64,000 nt of DNA from an uncultured Actinomycetota bacterium (GTDB taxonomy: Bacteria > Actinomycetota > Actinomycetes > JAHEKZ01), in assembly GCA_963743915.1 (NCBI GenBank), contig CAVURN010000005.1, positions 384,001 through 448,000 on the forward strand, in the 5' to 3' direction. The notes under the pieces were generated by a model. That model saw only the letters and a program-made list of their open reading frames with translations. It was not told the DNA's origin and searched no databases. Positions 10,412 through 20,898 of this stretch are shown here, in pieces (the stretch's first letter is position 1; every line of letters begins with the position of its first letter). The position numbers and the translations under genes are program-made.

Positions 10412-12015
10412 AGCGACTTCTCCTGTGAATACACGACGTCATTGAGGGTGTCCTCGGTCAACGGACCATTGACGCTTGCGACGATCTCGCCGCCACTGAC
10501 CACCACAGCGCGGTGGGCGACGGCCGCCAGCTCATCGAACTCAGACGAGACGACCAGCACGGCGGTCCCTGCCGCAGCGGCCGTGCGGATGAACTCATGG
10601 ATCTCGTTGCGAGCTACGACGTCTACCCCCTGAGTCGGCTCATCGAGCAAGAGCACCTCTGGGCGGCGTTGCAGCCACCGGGCCAGGACAACCTTCTGCT
10701 GGTTTCCCCCGGAGAGCGCGGACAACGGAGCTGAAGAACCGGGCGCACGGATTCCGAAACTTGCAATCAGGCCTTGGGCCACCCGCTTTTCTCTCAACGG
10801 ACTAATCCAGCCAACGCGCGAGTAATCGCTCAGACAGCTGATGGAGAGGTTCTCGGCAATACTCAACTCCAGAAACGCGGCCTCCCGCAGCCGGTCCTCA
10901 GGAACGAGTGCGATCCCCCGCTTCATGGCAGTTCGAACGTCCGACGGCGCCAATGGTCCGGCCTCGAGGATCACCTCGATGTCGTCTCTTGGCACTACTC
11001 CGAAGATCTGCTTGAGTAGTCTGGACCGACCGGACCCCAACAGGCCTGCTACACCGACTATTTCGCCGGCGCGCAGTACAAGTGCGTCAGTCACTTCGCC
11101 CCCGGGCGAAACTGGCCGCCGCAGTGTCAACACCGGTTCGGTGCCGCGTGACACAGGCACTCGGGAGCCATCGGTCGTATCATCCGTCGATAGCGTTGCA
11201 CTTGCAGGTTGACGGACGCGTCCTGAGGTGGCTCCAGTGATCCCCTCGACCAGGGAGTCATGTGTAATGCCCGTTCCAAACAGGCGCGACGCAACTCGAC
11301 CATTGCGCAGCACGGTCACCTCGTCAGCCAGTGAAATGACCTCATCCAGCCGGTGGGAGACGTAGATGATGGTCTGCCCCTCAGCCGAATACCGACGCAG
11401 AGCCGCCAGCAGAACGTCGACTTCATGCTTCGGCAGACTTGCCGTGGGTTCGTCGAGTACAAGAACTCCACGTTTGGCTTCATCCTGGTCCTGCAGCGCG
11501 CGAGCGATCGCAACCATCATCTGAGCCGCGGCCGATAGGCGGGACATCGGCATGTCCGGTTCGACGTGCAGCTCAAAACGACCAAGCACCTCGCGCGCCC
11601 GTGCCCTTTGAGCCGACCAAGCGATCGACCCCACCACCGTCCTCTCGAAACCCCGGCCAAGTGCCAAGTTTTCTGCCACTGTCAGGTCTGGGAACGTGGA
11701 GTTCTGCTGATGGACAAAGTGCAGCCCAGATGCCTTCGCGCGCACTGGAGAATGGTGCCGCGCATCCACCCAGTCTCCGCCCAGTGCGAAGCGGCCGTGG
11801 TCAGCCGCGACCACACCCGCGAGCATCTTGATGAGCGTCGACTTTCCTGATCCATTACCACCCATGAGGGCGTGGATCACACCTGCTGAGATCTCCAGAG
11901 ATACATCGTCTACTGCGCGAGTTGCCCCATACGACTTGCTGACGTTCTCGACAGCCAGAGCAATGGGTTGCCCAGTTAAGACACTCTCAGCCCTGGTAGT
12001 TGCGCTCCCGCTCAT
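10408..12015 (-). CDS. Sugar-type ABC transporter ATP-binding protein with two NBDs
   Basis: GGNGSGKST, VLDEPTASL, LSGGNQQK, LLDEPTQGVD. Confidence 0.92.
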   Translation of the reverse strand: MSGSATTRAESVLTGQPIALAVENVSKSYGATRAVDDVSLEISAGVIHALMGGNGSGKSTLIKMLAGVVAADHGRFALGGDWVDARHHSPVRAKASGLHFVHQQNSTFPDLTVAENLALGRGFERTVVGSIAWSAQRARAREVLGRFELHVEPDMPMSRLSAAAQMMVAIARALQDQDEAKRGVLVLDEPTASLPKHEVDVLLAALRRYSAEGQTIIYVSHRLDEVISLADEVTVLRNGRVASRLFGTGITHDSLVEGITGATSGRVRQPASATLSTDDTTDGSRVPVSRGTEPVLTLRRPVSPGGEVTDALVLRAGEIVGVAGLLGSGRSRLLKQIFGVVPRDDIEVILEAGPLAPSDVRTAMKRGIALVPEDRLREAAFLELSIAENLSISCLSDYSRVGWISPLREKRVAQGLIASFGIRAPGSSAPLSALSGGNQQKVVLARWLQRRPEVLLLDEPTQGVDVVARNEIHEFIRTAAAAGTAVLVVSSEFDELAAVAHRAVVVSGGEIVASVNGPLTEDTLNDVVYSQEKSL

Positions 12016-12121
12016 GGCCGCAACACTGACATGTCTGGAAGGGCTGCGTTCTGCACACCAGAACAAGAATGGACCTGCGATTGGTAGCAACTCTGGTGGC
12101 GTCCCTCTAGGCGGTGGCGCG

Positions 12122-14476
12122 TCACGCAACGGTCCCAGGGTTCGCACGACGCCAGAGATACTCTGGCGTCACAGGCACCTTGGTTGTCTGAATGTCGCCG
12201 CTGAAGGCATCGTCAACCGCCCCCGCTACCGCCGCCCCGACTGCGATCAAACCAACCTCGCCTAGCCCCTTCGCCCCGAACGGGTTGTTGGGGGTCGGTG
12301 CGTCCTCGGTCATGAAGAACTCGATGTCTGGAACTTCTTGAGCGCCCGGCAGTAAATAGTCCATAAACGACGTGGAGAGCGGTTGACCGTTCTCGTCGTA
12401 CAGGAACTCCTCGTACAGAGCGCCACCAATGCCCTGAGCGGCGGCACCGATCACCTGACCGCGCGTCATCATTGGGTTGATAGCGCGACCAGCTTCGGTG
12501 CTAGTGAAGAAACGACGAAGGGTAGGCGCGCCTGTCCCGCGATCGACCTCGATCTGAACCAAGGTCACGCCGTACGGATAGTTCATGTGATCGTCGAGGT
12601 AGACCGCCTGAGCCCCAAGGCCAGGCTCGTCTCCGGCGAGTCGGGCAGACCAACCGTCCCAGCGTGCTGCGATCTCCGCCAGGCTGAGGCCTTGACCAGC
12701 GGACCCGGTGACCACGATGTGGCCGTCCTCGAGCGTCAGGTCATCGACATCGGCCTCGAGCATTTCCGCCGCCAGCCGCTTCGCCTTGGCAACGGTGTCC
12801 AAAGCCGCCTGGCGCGCAGCACCACCGGCCATCACCGTCGACCGACTGGACCAGGAGCCGACACCTTCAGGCACTAGCTCAGTATCACCGTGCACGACAT
12901 CTATGAGCTCCACGTCGACCTGAAGCTCCTCAGCCACAATCTGAGCCAATACCGTTTCGATGCCTTGCCCAACAGACGAAGCACCCGTGCGAACTCGAAT
13001 GCGGCCGGAGGCATCAACATCCACGGCCCCGGTCTCATAGAGCCCGAGACCTGCCTTGTCCATCAGGATTCCAATCCCATTGCCAACCAGACGACCCTGG
13101 GCCTGAAGCTCGGAGGCCTCCTGCTGCCATGCGGCGAAGTCGACCGACTCCAATGCCTTGTCCAGGTGGTCCACCACATCGCCGGAGTCGAATGTGTAGG
13201 GCTCAAAGCAGATGTCCAAGCCGGGCGCGTAGGGCAGGTCCGTCTGGTCGAGGAGATTGCGCCGACGGATCTCTACCCGAGAGAGCCCGAGTTTCGCCGC
13301 TGCCTGGTCGAGGAGGCGCTCCCGGGCGAACGTCACTTCAAACCTGCCGGGGGCTCGATAGGCCGACAACGGGGTCTTGTTCGACAGCACCACGTGAAGT
13401 ACGCCGTCGAACGCCGGCACCCGATAGGGGCCCGGCACCATGCCTAGGGTGATATCGCTGCAGAGTGGCTCTGCCTGGCGCAGGTAGGCCCCGTGGTTGT
13501 GCCAGATCTCATCGGTCATCCCGAGCAGTCGACCGTCGGCGTCGAACGCAGCAGACATCTCGTGGACCTGCTCGCGAGCGTGTGCCGTTGCAACCATATG
13601 TTCGAGTCGGTCCTCGGTCCATTTCACGGGCCGCCCAAGTTTCATCGCTGCCCAACCGACCATGATGTACTCGGGAAACACACCGCCCTTGACGCCGAAG
13701 TTGCCGCCAATGTCGACATGCTTCATGCGAAGGTCGGCCAGCGGCAGTTCCAAGACTTCGGCGATCAGTCGCTGGGAGTCGTGAATGTGCACCGGGCCCC
13801 ACATGAAAAGCTGCTTTCGACCTCGGTCGGGCTCTGCCACACAACCTCGGGTCTCCATCGGTACGCCGGAGTGACGGCCCACCACATAGCGGCCCTTGAC
13901 GACGTGGGCGGCGTTCGCGAACGCGGATGCCACATCCCCGTATGCCTTCTCGATGCGGACGGCCTCGTTACTGAGACCTTCGAACAGTTGCTCCGCGTCC
14001 TCGGTCATGGCCGTTTGTGGATCGAGCACAGGGGGCAGTTGGTCGTAGGTGATGTCCACGAGCCCGGCCGCATCTTCGGCCAGGTAGGGCGTGTCGGCGA
14101 TGACTGCTGCTACGGGCTGCCCTACATAGCGCACGCGATCAGAGGCGAAGACTGGATGCAGGTAGTCCTCGATCTGCGGATACACCTCGTGGTACCCGAT
14201 TCTCTCGAGGGGGATGCTGGCCGAGATGTCCTCGGCGGTGATGACCAGCCGAACCCCAGGCGCTCGACGTGCCTCCTCTGTGTCGAGCGCGGTGATCCGA
14301 GCGTGCGCCTCACTGGACCGAACTACGACCAGGAAGAGCTGTCCATACACGTCGACGTCATCAACAAATCTGGCCTCGCCGCGCAGCAAGCGCGCGTCCT
14401 CTCGCCTTCGTACTGACTGCCCCACGTACCTCTTCGCCGAAGGGCCCAGCCCACCAGAAGCTCCAGGTCTACTCAC
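12122..14476 (-). CDS. kdhL: 6-hydroxypseudooxynicotine dehydrogenase molybdopterin large subunit (KdhL/KdhC)
   Basis: XDH-family Mo subunit with KdhL-type segments GYHEVYPQIED, HNHGAYLRQAEPL, EPYTFDSGDVV, LMDKAGLGLYETG, GVGSWSSRST; divergent from pnh. Confidence 0.88.
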   Translation of the reverse strand: MSRPGASGGLGPSAKRYVGQSVRRREDARLLRGEARFVDDVDVYGQLFLVVVRSSEAHARITALDTEEARRAPGVRLVITAEDISASIPLERIGYHEVYPQIEDYLHPVFASDRVRYVGQPVAAVIADTPYLAEDAAGLVDITYDQLPPVLDPQTAMTEDAEQLFEGLSNEAVRIEKAYGDVASAFANAAHVVKGRYVVGRHSGVPMETRGCVAEPDRGRKQLFMWGPVHIHDSQRLIAEVLELPLADLRMKHVDIGGNFGVKGGVFPEYIMVGWAAMKLGRPVKWTEDRLEHMVATAHAREQVHEMSAAFDADGRLLGMTDEIWHNHGAYLRQAEPLCSDITLGMVPGPYRVPAFDGVLHVVLSNKTPLSAYRAPGRFEVTFARERLLDQAAAKLGLSRVEIRRRNLLDQTDLPYAPGLDICFEPYTFDSGDVVDHLDKALESVDFAAWQQEASELQAQGRLVGNGIGILMDKAGLGLYETGAVDVDASGRIRVRTGASSVGQGIETVLAQIVAEELQVDVELIDVVHGDTELVPEGVGSWSSRSTVMAGGAARQAALDTVAKAKRLAAEMLEADVDDLTLEDGHIVVTGSAGQGLSLAEIAARWDGWSARLAGDEPGLGAQAVYLDDHMNYPYGVTLVQIEVDRGTGAPTLRRFFTSTEAGRAINPMMTRGQVIGAAAQGIGGALYEEFLYDENGQPLSTSFMDYLLPGAQEVPDIEFFMTEDAPTPNNPFGAKGLGEVGLIAVGAAVAGAVDDAFSGDIQTTKVPVTPEYLWRRANPGTVA

Positions 14477-14497
14477 AATGATCCCTGCCTCGCCGGT

Positions 14498-14518
14498 ATT
14501 GACAGCGGCAGTGTCAAT
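14498..14518. promoter_or_regulatory. Palindromic operator candidate ATTGACA-N7-TGTCAAT in the kdhL/pnh divergent spacer
   Basis: Perfect 7-bp inverted repeat about 20 bp upstream of the kdhL start; each arm contains TTGACA. Confidence 0.55.
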
Positions 14519-14712
14519 GTGGAGGCACGCGGCACGCTGCACGTACAGCGGCAAAAACAGTGTCCAGTTACGCAGGACATGGAGTGACCCCCCAGCCGAC
14601 GGGCGCTTTGCTCAATGGGTGTCAAAGGTCTCGTCCAGATTCGCGGAAGATGTAGACCGCCATTTGATGTGCGCTGGAGAGGATACAGCGCCAGCTGAGT
14701 GATGGAGACGAG

Positions 14713-15780
14713 ATGACAACCGTGACCCAAACTATCCCGACCCCCGAAGAAGAGATGCTGAACTGGGGTCGGCTACTTATGGATGGACTGCCCTTCGCCG
14801 ACCTTATCGCTGCCCGGGACCGGGCCCCCGAAATCACGTGGTTCGACTACTGGATGGGCAGAGCAGACGACTACGAGGCGATGGGTGATACAGCGCTCGC
14901 CGCCGGTCATTCGATCAGCGCGGGGTACTGGCTCTGGCTCGGCTCGATGGCCGCCCAGTACGCGCAGTTCCTGTGGTTCGATGAGCGTCGGCCACGTGGC
15001 CAGCGGCGCAAGGCGGAGTTGTATCACCGTGCGGCACCCCTCCTGGATCCGCCCGCCATTCGGATCGATCTCCCGATCGACGAGACCCTGATCATCGGCT
15101 ATCTCCGTCTGCCGAAGCATGCCGAGGGGCCAGCCTCCTGCGCAGTCCTCTTGGGGGGGCTGGAGAGCACCAAGGAGGAGAGCTACATGTTCGAGAACAT
15201 GCTCCTCGACCGTGGCGTCGCCACCTTCACGTTTGACGGTCCAGGCCAGGGCGAAATGTTCGACGACGTGGCCGTGTCCGGCGACTACGAGAGGTACGCC
15301 TCGCGAGTCCTCGATCACCTAGTCACCCGAACCGACATTGCGAGCAACCAGATTGGTGTACTCGGCCGAAGCCTTGGCGGACACTACGCCCTTCGCGCAG
15401 CATCCATGGATGACCGATTCCGCGCCTGCGTATCGTGGGGGGGCTTTGTGCAGATGGATGACTGGAGCTTCGAGTACCCGCTGACCAAGCAGAGTTGGCA
15501 ATACGTCACCAAGTCACCCGATCTTGCGACAGCACAGGTTCGGGTCCGCGAGGCGATCGATGTTCGGCCGGTGCTTCCCAATCTGCAGATCCCGACCTAC
15601 GTTCTCCATGGCGCAAAGGACGAAACACCGATATCGGAGATCGACTTGCTGCAGCAGTATGCGCACAGAGCTTCGATCGTGCTGGACGTGGAACCAGAGG
15701 GCGACCACTGCTGCCACAACCTAGGACCAGCACCACGAGTACGCATGGCGGACTGGCTCGCCTCGGAGTTACATCACTGA
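14713..15780 (+). CDS. pnh: 2,6-dihydroxypseudooxynicotine hydrolase (alpha/beta C-C hydrolase)
   Basis: EEMLNWGRL, QYAQFLWFDERR, GGLESTKEES, GRSLGG nucleophile, GDHCCHNLG; matches the recalled Arthrobacter enzyme closely. Confidence 0.92.
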   Translation: MTTVTQTIPTPEEEMLNWGRLLMDGLPFADLIAARDRAPEITWFDYWMGRADDYEAMGDTALAAGHSISAGYWLWLGSMAAQYAQFLWFDERRPRGQRRKAELYHRAAPLLDPPAIRIDLPIDETLIIGYLRLPKHAEGPASCAVLLGGLESTKEESYMFENMLLDRGVATFTFDGPGQGEMFDDVAVSGDYERYASRVLDHLVTRTDIASNQIGVLGRSLGGHYALRAASMDDRFRACVSWGGFVQMDDWSFEYPLTKQSWQYVTKSPDLATAQVRVREAIDVRPVLPNLQIPTYVLHGAKDETPISEIDLLQQYAHRASIVLDVEPEGDHCCHNLGPAPRVRMADWLASELHH

Positions 15781-15834
15781 CGCGTTGGCATCCGACCGGC
15801 TGCGCGCAAGAGACGCAAAGAGCAGAGGAAGGTA

Positions 15835-16188
15835 ATGATGGACGAGATCTTGGCTGTCGAATCCGCGGCTGTTGAGCTTGAGACATGGCAGCCCGAGGGC
15901 GTGACGATCCTTGCAGGCGACCCAGCCGGACGCGGGTTCACGCTGTTCGAGGACTTTGAGCATGGCGCTCGTGGCACGGGTGTGTTCGAGTGCGATCCCG
16001 GGAAGACCACATACACGCTGGAGTACAACGAGATCATCTACGTGCTCGAGGGTGAGGTGACCATCGAGCTGGCAAATGGTTCCAAGGTCGACCTTCGCCC
16101 TGGGATGCAGGCATTCCTGCCCGCCGGCCACCTGTCGACTTGGACCTTCCACTCCAAGTTCCGCGAGGTGTGGGTCCTCGCGGACTGA
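15835..16188 (+). CDS. Cupin (EutQ/DUF861-like) protein
   Basis: GVFECDPG...EIIYVLEGEVTI...PGMQAFLPAG. Confidence 0.85.
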   Translation: MMDEILAVESAAVELETWQPEGVTILAGDPAGRGFTLFEDFEHGARGTGVFECDPGKTTYTLEYNEIIYVLEGEVTIELANGSKVDLRPGMQAFLPAGHLSTWTFHSKFREVWVLAD

Positions 16189-16204
16189 ATCCCGGAGGAT
16201 CAGC

Positions 16205-16245
16205 TCACGTGCCGCCCGGCGACCTTGATCCCGGGCGGCACGTGA
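16205..16245. terminator. GC-rich hairpin, probable bidirectional terminator
   Basis: TCACGTGCCGCCCGG / CCGGGCGGCACGTGA, a perfect 15-bp stem between the convergent cupin and nit genes. Confidence 0.75.
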
Positions 16246-16262
16246 CCCGAGCTGCACCGCAG

Positions 16263-17081
16263 CTACATTCGGCGGTCCCTCAGCACGGGAAAGTCCTCAC
16301 GCACCTGGCGCGCCAGATCGAGATCGAGTCGAGCGGTGAGTATCTCCTCATCGGAGTCAGCCTGGGCGACCACCTCGCCCGTCGGCGCGACTACTTGGCT
16401 GGACCCACCCAGCTCGACACCACAGTGGGTACCGGAACTGTTGCACTGCAGGACCCACGCCTGGTTCTCTACCGCTCGGGCTCGTCCAAGAAGCCGCCAG
16501 TGCTCCATTCGCGGCTTCGGCCACGCTGCCGGTATCAGCACTACCTCTGCGCCGCGCTCACCGAGTTTGCGAAAGAGCTCCGGGAAACGTAGGTCATAGC
16601 ACGTGGCAAGGCCGACTCGGGCAGAGCCCTCTGGACAGGCGAGGTCCGTCACTGTCAACTGGCTGCCCGCCTCCAAAATCTGTGGTTCACCCACTCCGAA
16701 GCCAAACCGGTGGATCTTGCGGTATGTCGAGTGGATCTCTCCCAACGGAGACAGCAGCACTGATGTGTTCCACAGGCCACGACCCTCGGCGCCCCTATGT
16801 GCGCCCTCGTCGGCCAACTCGATGATGGAGCCGGCATGAATCCAGCAATCCAACCTCGGGGCGAGTTCGGCGAGACGACCAATGGTGTGACCGTGGATAG
16901 ACTCGGCCGTCCTCGCCCACGAAGCCGAAGCGAAACCGCCGTGTGCCCACAGCTCGGGCAGAAGTAGCAGGTCGGGTCGGCTGATGTTCTGAATGGCAGC
17001 ACAGACCCGGTCTACTCGGTCTACCAGCGGCTCCTCGTCACCGTAGCCCACCTGGTAGAGCGTGACATCGATCCCACTCAT
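16263..17081 (-). CDS. nit: Carbon-nitrogen hydrolase, probable omega-amidase (2-ketoglutaramate amidase)
   Basis: LPELW, YRKIHRFG, ATCYDLRFPE (E-K-C triad); nicotine-cluster context. Confidence 0.82.
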   Translation of the reverse strand: MSGIDVTLYQVGYGDEEPLVDRVDRVCAAIQNISRPDLLLLPELWAHGGFASASWARTAESIHGHTIGRLAELAPRLDCWIHAGSIIELADEGAHRGAEGRGLWNTSVLLSPLGEIHSTYRKIHRFGFGVGEPQILEAGSQLTVTDLACPEGSARVGLATCYDLRFPELFRKLGERGAEVVLIPAAWPKPRMEHWRLLGRARAVENQAWVLQCNSSGTHCGVELGGSSQVVAPTGEVVAQADSDEEILTARLDLDLARQVREDFPVLRDRRM

Positions 17082-19507
17082 TCGGCCGCGGCCGACGCTT
17101 CCTCTGTTGCCGCCGAAGGTGCCTTGGTGAACAGTTCGCTGGACATCGCTGAGAGAACCTTTTCTGGCGTGATCGGTAGATCCCGGAGCACTACACCGAA
17201 CGGGCTCAGAGCATCATTGACAGCGTTGAGGACCGCGGCCGGTGATGCAATCAGCCCTGATTCGCCCATGCCCTTCACCCCCAGTGCGGAGTGGACCGAG
17301 GGGGTCTCGAGATGGCGAATCTCAAACGGTGGGGCCACGTCCATTGTTGGTAGGCCGTAGTCGAGAAACGTGGTGGTGAGCAACTGACCGGTCTCGTCGT
17401 ATCTCAACTCCTCGAAAACGGCCGCACCAATCCCCTGCACTACCCCGCCGCGGATCTGGCCCTCGACAATGTTGGGATTGATGACCGTGCCGCAATCCTC
17501 CACGGAGTACACCTTCTCGAAGCGGACAAAGCCCGTCTCAGGATCAAGCTCTACCAGGACGGCGTGGGCACCGTTGCTGAACATCGCCCTGGCCGGATCA
17601 TAGGCCTGGGTCGCCTCGAGGGTCGGATCAAAGTCCGCAGGCCACGCGCTCATATCGAAGTAGATGGACGTGGCCACGTCGGCGACAGAGACGCCGGTGT
17701 CGGGGGCGCCGGTCACCAAGGCAAAGCCGTCAGTCAGTTCGATGTCTTCGACGGCAGCCTCCAGGAGATTGGCCGCAACAGCCCGTACCTTCTCACGAAG
17801 CACGCCTGCGGCTCGCGCAACCGCACCACCTGCGATGACGGCCCCACGGCTTCCTATCGTGCCGGAGCCATAACTGTTGGATGTCGAGCGAGCCGTTTCG
17901 ACGGTGACATCCTCCACCTTGATACCCAATGTGTCAGCGGCCATCTGGGCCATGGTGGTTGCCAGTCCCTGCCCTTGAGCTGACAGTCCAATCGTGACGT
18001 TGGCCGTCCCATTGGGGTTCAACCGGACCGTGGCGGTGTCGTGGAACGTGTCACCAATTCCGTGCGCCTGGTTGGTTGCTGTGCTCTCACCGCTACTCTC
18101 GACAAAAACGCTGAGCCCAAGGCCGATGAAGCGGCCCTGAGTCCGCAGTTCTGCCTGCCTGCGAAGGAACGCCGGATAGTTCACCATCTGTTCAATGGCA
18201 TCGATTGACTCGAGCCAACTGCCTTCGTGGTACACGATCCCCTGCGGGTTAGTCCAGGGAAACTCCTGAACCACGTTGCGGCGCCGAAACTCGAAGGGCG
18301 ACATCCCCAGCGCGCGCGCGGCGTCATCGGCCAGACACTCGCGGGCCAATGTTCCGGCCATGTAGCCAACCCCTCGGTAGGCCCCGACCGGCGTCTTGTT
18401 CGTTGCGACGGCTTCATAGGTGTACTCCACCGACGGGACGTCGTAGATACCGGTGGGAGTCATGACCACCGCGCACCAGGGCTCAACGGCCATCGTCCAC
18501 GGCGGCATGTGGTACGCGCCGCCGTCCCCTAGCGCGTTGGTGCGAATGCCAGTAATGCGACCACCGGCATCGAGGGCATAGGAAATATCAATGTTCTGCT
18601 CGTGGGCGTGTATGCCGGCCATCAGGTTTTCGCGCCGGTCCTCGATCCACTTTACCGGGGAGTCGAGTTCGCGGGAGAGGAGGGGGAGCAGCATCTCCTC
18701 CGGGTAGATGTGGGCCTTCTGGCCGAAGCCGCCGCCGGTGTCAGGTGTGATCACCTCGACGTTCTGCTCGGGAAAACCAAGGTACGCCGTGACCATGAAT
18801 CGCAGATAATGTGGCATCTGCGTGTTGGACCACAATCGCAGTACTCGGGATGCCCACTCATAGTGAGCGATCACGCCACGCGTTTCCATAGGCGCCGGTG
18901 ACAGGCGACCGGTATAGAAGCGACCCCGCACCACCTGTGCGGCCTCCTCAAAAGCGCCGGCCACGTCACCGAACGATCCGCCACCCTTCAGGCCATAGTG
19001 ATCTGGCAGATCAGGATTGGCGACGTGTGAAGCGGTCGAGGCCTCATCCGAGCGGGTGACGGCAGGGAGTTCCTCGAAGTCCCAGTCGATCAACTCACAG
19101 GCGTCCTCTGCGGCGTAGCGCGTATCGGCTACGACCACGGCGACTGGCTCGCCGACGAAAAGAACCTGATCTTTGGCAAGCAGGGGCATGGTGGTGGGCC
19201 TGCACCCCTCGACTGCAAACTCGCCCACCAGCCCCGCACACAGCGGCTCAACGTCGTGACCTGACCAAGCGAGGTAGACACCATCTGCCTGTCGCACGGC
19301 GGAGAGATCGATGTGCGTGATGCGGGCGTGTGCCACCGGACTACGTACGAAGGCCGCGTGCAGCTGCCCAGGGACGTCGATGTCGGCGATGAATTCGCCT
19401 CGTCCAGTGAGCAAACGAGGATCTTCAGAGCGGAGCACCCGAGACCCCACCGCACGTGCTGCGACGACCGGGGTCTCCATGTGCTGATGCATGTCAAGCT
19501 CCCTCAT
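17078..19507 (-). CDS. ndhL: Molybdopterin large subunit, nicotine dehydrogenase NdhL-like (QorL/NdhL clade)
   Basis: EDPRLLTGRG, GGGFGQKAH, AYRGVG, KGMGESG; M-S-L gene order inside a nicotine cluster. Confidence 0.72.
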   Translation of the reverse strand: MRELDMHQHMETPVVAARAVGSRVLRSEDPRLLTGRGEFIADIDVPGQLHAAFVRSPVAHARITHIDLSAVRQADGVYLAWSGHDVEPLCAGLVGEFAVEGCRPTTMPLLAKDQVLFVGEPVAVVVADTRYAAEDACELIDWDFEELPAVTRSDEASTASHVANPDLPDHYGLKGGGSFGDVAGAFEEAAQVVRGRFYTGRLSPAPMETRGVIAHYEWASRVLRLWSNTQMPHYLRFMVTAYLGFPEQNVEVITPDTGGGFGQKAHIYPEEMLLPLLSRELDSPVKWIEDRRENLMAGIHAHEQNIDISYALDAGGRITGIRTNALGDGGAYHMPPWTMAVEPWCAVVMTPTGIYDVPSVEYTYEAVATNKTPVGAYRGVGYMAGTLARECLADDAARALGMSPFEFRRRNVVQEFPWTNPQGIVYHEGSWLESIDAIEQMVNYPAFLRRQAELRTQGRFIGLGLSVFVESSGESTATNQAHGIGDTFHDTATVRLNPNGTANVTIGLSAQGQGLATTMAQMAADTLGIKVEDVTVETARSTSNSYGSGTIGSRGAVIAGGAVARAAGVLREKVRAVAANLLEAAVEDIELTDGFALVTGAPDTGVSVADVATSIYFDMSAWPADFDPTLEATQAYDPARAMFSNGAHAVLVELDPETGFVRFEKVYSVEDCGTVINPNIVEGQIRGGVVQGIGAAVFEELRYDETGQLLTTTFLDYGLPTMDVAPPFEIRHLETPSVHSALGVKGMGESGLIASPAAVLNAVNDALSPFGVVLRDLPITPEKVLSAMSSELFTKAPSAATEEASAAAE

Positions 19508-20022
19508 CGGTCCTCAGCCTCCTTGTCACCCGTCCCCTGTGTGCTCTCAACAACGGCCTGCTCGATCGCCTCGATGATGGTCTGATAGCCAGTGCAACGG
19601 CACAGGGAGCCAGACACCGTCTCGACAATGTCATCACGCGTCGGGGACGGGTTCTCCTCAAGCAGTGCGGTCGCAGACATCAAAACCCCAGCAGTGCAGA
19701 AACCGCACTGCAGGCCGTGCTGCTCACGAAAGGCACGCTGAAGCGCGTTGAGCTTGCCTCCTTCGGTCAGGCCCTCCACGGTGCGCACCTCTTGACCCAC
19801 GACTTGGACAGCCAAGGTAAGGCAGGAACGGATGGGCTGATCGTCGAGCAGGACGGTGCAGGCCCCACAGACACCGTGTTCACAGCCCAACTTGGTACCC
19901 GGAAGGTGTGCATCTTCTCGGATGAAGTCAGCCAGGGTCTTGCGCGCCTCGACCAGGGAGCTGTAGGTCCGCCCGTTGATCGATACCGCTACCTGCAGAT
20001 GCTCCTCGGGCCCGGCGGTCAC
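19504..20022 (-). CDS. ndhS: [2Fe-2S] small subunit, NdhS-like
   Basis: GCEHGVCGACTV, QCGFCT, LCRCTGY. Confidence 0.75.
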   Translation of the reverse strand: MTAGPEEHLQVAVSINGRTYSSLVEARKTLADFIREDAHLPGTKLGCEHGVCGACTVLLDDQPIRSCLTLAVQVVGQEVRTVEGLTEGGKLNALQRAFREQHGLQCGFCTAGVLMSATALLEENPSPTRDDIVETVSGSLCRCTGYQTIIEAIEQAVVESTQGTGDKEAEDR

Positions 20023-20876
20023 CTTGCGACTCCGTTCTGTAGGTCCATCACTGCACGGCGGACAAGATTTCCAACCAACCTTCGGCGAAACTCGGTGCTG
20101 CCATGGATGTCAGAGATGGGGGTGACCGCGTTCATGGCCACGTGCTCCGCCTGCTCCGCAAGCTCAGGAGCCAGGGCTGCACCCGCAAGCAGCTCCTCGA
20201 CAGCAGTGAGGCGAGTGACCGAACCCACCGCCGCGCCAACACTGACGCGCGGATCGGCCAGTGCTCGGTCCTGCATGATTCCCGTGATGGCAATGAGCGC
20301 GAGACCGTAGTCGCCCGCCTTTCGGGCGGCCTCCTGAAACGCCCAAGCACTCCTCGTTGTGGGGATCGAGACATGTGTGAGGATCTCGGTGTCCTTCATG
20401 CTGGTCATGAATGGCCCGGTGAAGAAGGAATCCGCCTCGATCGTGCGGGACCCTTGCGGGCCGCACACGTGAATCGCTGCACCCAAAGAGAGCAAGACGG
20501 CTGGCCATTCCCCCGAAGGGTCAGCATGGGCGGTGCTGCCACCGAAGGTCCCCCGTGAACGGATTTGCGGATGGGCGATGTGGCGAGCCGCCGCGTGAAG
20601 AATCGGGACCCGGTTCGCGACCAAGACCGACCGCTCCACCGCGCTGTGGGTAGCCCTGGCACCGATGTGAATTCGGTCGCCCTCCTCCTGGATCCTGGAC
20701 AGATCCGGAACGTGTTGCAGGTCAACCAGAAGTGAGGGTGTGGCGAGTCGCATGGCGAGCAGCGGCATCAGGCTCTGCCCGCCAGAAAGCACCTTCGCGT
20801 CTGGTTCAGAGCCAAGGTAGTGGAGCGCTTCGTCCAGAGTGCTTGGTGCGATGTACTTGAATTTCGGTGGTTTCAC
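20019..20876 (-). CDS. ndhM: FAD medium subunit, NdhM-like
   Basis: KPPKFKY, SGGQSL, IAHPQIRSRGTFGGS, SDIHGSTEFRR. Confidence 0.75.
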   Translation of the reverse strand: MKPPKFKYIAPSTLDEALHYLGSEPDAKVLSGGQSLMPLLAMRLATPSLLVDLQHVPDLSRIQEEGDRIHIGARATHSAVERSVLVANRVPILHAAARHIAHPQIRSRGTFGGSTAHADPSGEWPAVLLSLGAAIHVCGPQGSRTIEADSFFTGPFMTSMKDTEILTHVSIPTTRSAWAFQEAARKAGDYGLALIAITGIMQDRALADPRVSVGAAVGSVTRLTAVEELLAGAALAPELAEQAEHVAMNAVTPISDIHGSTEFRRRLVGNLVRRAVMDLQNGVAR

Positions 20877-20898
20877 ATCAGCTCCTGAGATCTTTGCG

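Noticed and set aside
17078-20876. Aerobic CO dehydrogenase (coxMSL) call
   Set aside because: Active-site loops are AYRGVG here and AYRAPG in kdhL, not the form I AYXCSFR; context points to pyridine hydroxylases
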